NCBI GenBank assembly: GCA_002726235.1
Contig: PBSN01000008.1
Coordinates: 561,781 to 625,780, forward strand
Origin: Nitrospiraceae bacterium
Lineage (GTDB): Bacteria > Nitrospirota > Nitrospiria > Nitrospirales > UBA2166
DNA: 64,000 nt
Reading direction: 5' to 3'
Part shown: piece by piece, positions 62,341 through 64,000 of the stretch
Position numbering within the stretch: the stretch's first letter is position 1
Layout of the letters: each line of letters starts with the position of its first letter
The notes under the pieces: model-generated
The model's input: the letters and a program-made list of their open reading frames with translations, nothing else
Databases searched by the model: none
What the model was told of the DNA's origin: nothing
Made by a program: the position numbers and the translations under genes

Positions 62341-63516
62341 TTAACTAAAGGACAAGAAGGCTTGGCAAATCTTTTCGATCTGCTCGTCGGTGTGACCTGC
62401 ACTTACACTACAACGCAACAAACACCCTCCATTTGGTGCGGCCGGAGGCAAAACCAGATTCACATACACACCGTGTTCCATCAGTTGACTCCATAACCCA
62501 ATCCCTCGCTCTTTCGTTTCCACCAGTGCAGCGATGACCGGACTAGGCTCCGGACCCAAGGTAAACCCCATATCCTGTAAGCTCTCATAGAGACATGTCG
62601 CATTTTCCCAGAGCCTCTGACGCAATTCTGGATGTGTCTCGATAATCCGAAGAGCGGCGCGTGTTGAGGCAACGACGGAAGGGGAAGGCGACGCTGTAAA
62701 AATGTAGGGACGGCTTGCATACCGTATCATCTCTACTTCAGGATGTCTGCTTACACAAAACCCCCCAGTGGCGCCGAGACTTTTGCTGAATGTTCCCACG
62801 ATCAAGTCCACGCTTTCCTCAACACCAGCCTCTTCAGCAAGCCCTCGACCATTCTTTCCAAGGACCCCAAGAGAATGAGCTTCATCAACCACAAGAAACG
62901 CCTGATATTTCGTCCTGATGGCTGCAATATCCTTAAGAGGAGCACGGTCGCCGAGCATGCTGTAAATACCCTCAACAATAATCAACACGCGTGAGGCGCG
63001 ATCACCAAGCCTCCGCAAGCGCTTCTCTAGATCACTGGCATCGTTGTGTCGGAATCGAATAACCTCGGCATCGCCCATACGACACCCATCGTAAATACTG
63101 GCATGACAGTCCGCATCGAGAAGAATGACATCATCTGACCCAGCCAAGGTTGAAAGCAGTCCAATGTTGGCGAGATAGCCTGTCGAAAATACAATTGCCG
63201 ACCCAACGTTAAAGAAGTCTGCAAGTTCCCTCTCTAACGCAATATGACCCGCAAAGGTTCCATTGGCCATCCTTGACCCTGTGGTACCCGTACCCTGTTC
63301 CTCCAACACTATACGTGCTGCGGCAATACAGTCGGGATGAAACGTCAGCCCAAGATAATTATTGGTGCCTGCAAGAATCGTTCGACGCCCATTCACTATC
63401 GCTTCAGTGGAAGAAATCACTTGATCGATGACGACATTGAAGGGATCTCTCTCCCCTTCCCCAAGAAGGCTTTTCCGGGCCTCCGCAAGTTGCTGAAACT
63501 TATCAAAAATGGGCAT
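62341..63516 (-). CDS. spt: Serine palmitoyltransferase (alpha-oxoamine synthase family)
   Basis: AGTNNYLGL, GTGTTGSRMANG, DADCHASIYDG, EGIYSMLGD, DEAHS, PLP-Lys motif GTFSKS, RPYIFTAS; coupled to an ACP. Confidence 0.85.
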   Translation of the reverse strand: MPIFDKFQQLAEARKSLLGEGERDPFNVVIDQVISSTEAIVNGRRTILAGTNNYLGLTFHPDCIAAARIVLEEQGTGTTGSRMANGTFAGHIALERELADFFNVGSAIVFSTGYLANIGLLSTLAGSDDVILLDADCHASIYDGCRMGDAEVIRFRHNDASDLEKRLRRLGDRASRVLIIVEGIYSMLGDRAPLKDIAAIRTKYQAFLVVDEAHSLGVLGKNGRGLAEEAGVEESVDLIVGTFSKSLGATGGFCVSRHPEVEMIRYASRPYIFTASPSPSVVASTRAALRIIETHPELRQRLWENATCLYESLQDMGFTLGPEPSPVIAALVETKERGIGLWSQLMEHGVYVNLVLPPAAPNGGCLLRCSVSAGHTDEQIEKICQAFLSFS

Positions 63517-63764
63517 TATGATTGACGCGTAAGATGTTCAAGTTGCAACACAAAATCTTTGATGGTTCGAACATCTGGAATAATATTCAGCGGGATCGAG
63601 ATATCAAAACGATCCTCAACCTCAAGTAAAATCTGCATTACTTGTAATGAATCCAAGCCGATATCGGAAACCAACTCTGTCCCCTCGTCAAGTATGAGGT
63701 TATTGTTCGCATAGGGTGCCAAAATCGCGCACAGCTCAATCAAAATGTCGTCGTAGCTTTTCAT
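63516..63764 (-). CDS. Acyl carrier protein (SPT-associated)
   Basis: GLDSL phosphopantetheine site, EVEDRFDISIPLN; stop overlaps the spt start. Confidence 0.92.
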   Translation of the reverse strand: MKSYDDILIELCAILAPYANNNLILDEGTELVSDIGLDSLQVMQILLEVEDRFDISIPLNIIPDVRTIKDFVLQLEHLTRQS

Positions 63765-63769
63765 ACGTG

Positions 63770-64000
63770 TTACGAATCTAGCCGGTACGGAACTGTCGTA
63801 TCTGATTGTGCTGAAGAATGCGCTTTACATCCCCAACCAAAAGTTTTTCGCAACCCCTCATCAAGCGCAATTTTTGGGACCCATCCAATCGCATCACGAA
63901 TAACCGCGTTATCACAGACCCAATTGTGATGCCGAAGCTCTCGAACCTTGCCTGGTGTAAACATCGGTGTGTAGCCCGTGAGACGCGATGCAGTGATGTT
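63770..64000 (-). CDS. C-terminus of an NAD(P)-dependent epimerase/reductase (candidate ceramide reductase), 5'-truncated
   Basis: The frame is open to base 64000: ...GYTPMFTPGKVRELRHHNWVCD...IGWVPKIALDEGLRKT, an extended-SDR C-terminus, directly upstream of acp-spt. Confidence 0.65.
   Translation of the reverse strand, partial: NITASRLTGYTPMFTPGKVRELRHHNWVCDNAVIRDAIGWVPKIALDEGLRKTFGWGCKAHSSAQSDTTVPYRLDS

Overview
Bacterial chromosomal window (roughly 50% GC by eye, standard code 11). The gene complement is consistent with a Nitrospirota-like lineage, but this is inference only. From left to right: the end of a Zn/Mn ABC transporter; a type II secretion operon (gspF-G-H-I-J-K-L-M-C-like-D1-D2-E) with two tandem paralogous secretins and poly-acidic minor pseudopilins; a bolA-grxD-orf-leuCD-MMPL operon; queA; a DUF1338 dioxygenase; a deoxyhypusine-synthase-like/long ThyX/FGE-family operon; hemL; a PuuD-like/CbbQ/Ppx/cupredoxin cluster; an AT-rich B12-radical SAM gene; metH; a PPIase, serS and two tRNA-Ser genes; three coupled small ORFs; SemiSWEET; two Sel1-repeat proteins flanking mtaB-miaB; tRNA-Ala; tyrS, lpdA, gcvH, ndk, mtnA, rdgB and bioF. 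At the right edge is a probable bacterial sphingolipid locus (reductase-ACP-serine palmitoyltransferase plus a convergent flippase), bordered by a MITE-like element. No CRISPR array, rRNA, integrase or transposase was seen. All assignments come from motif recognition in the translations; no database search was run.
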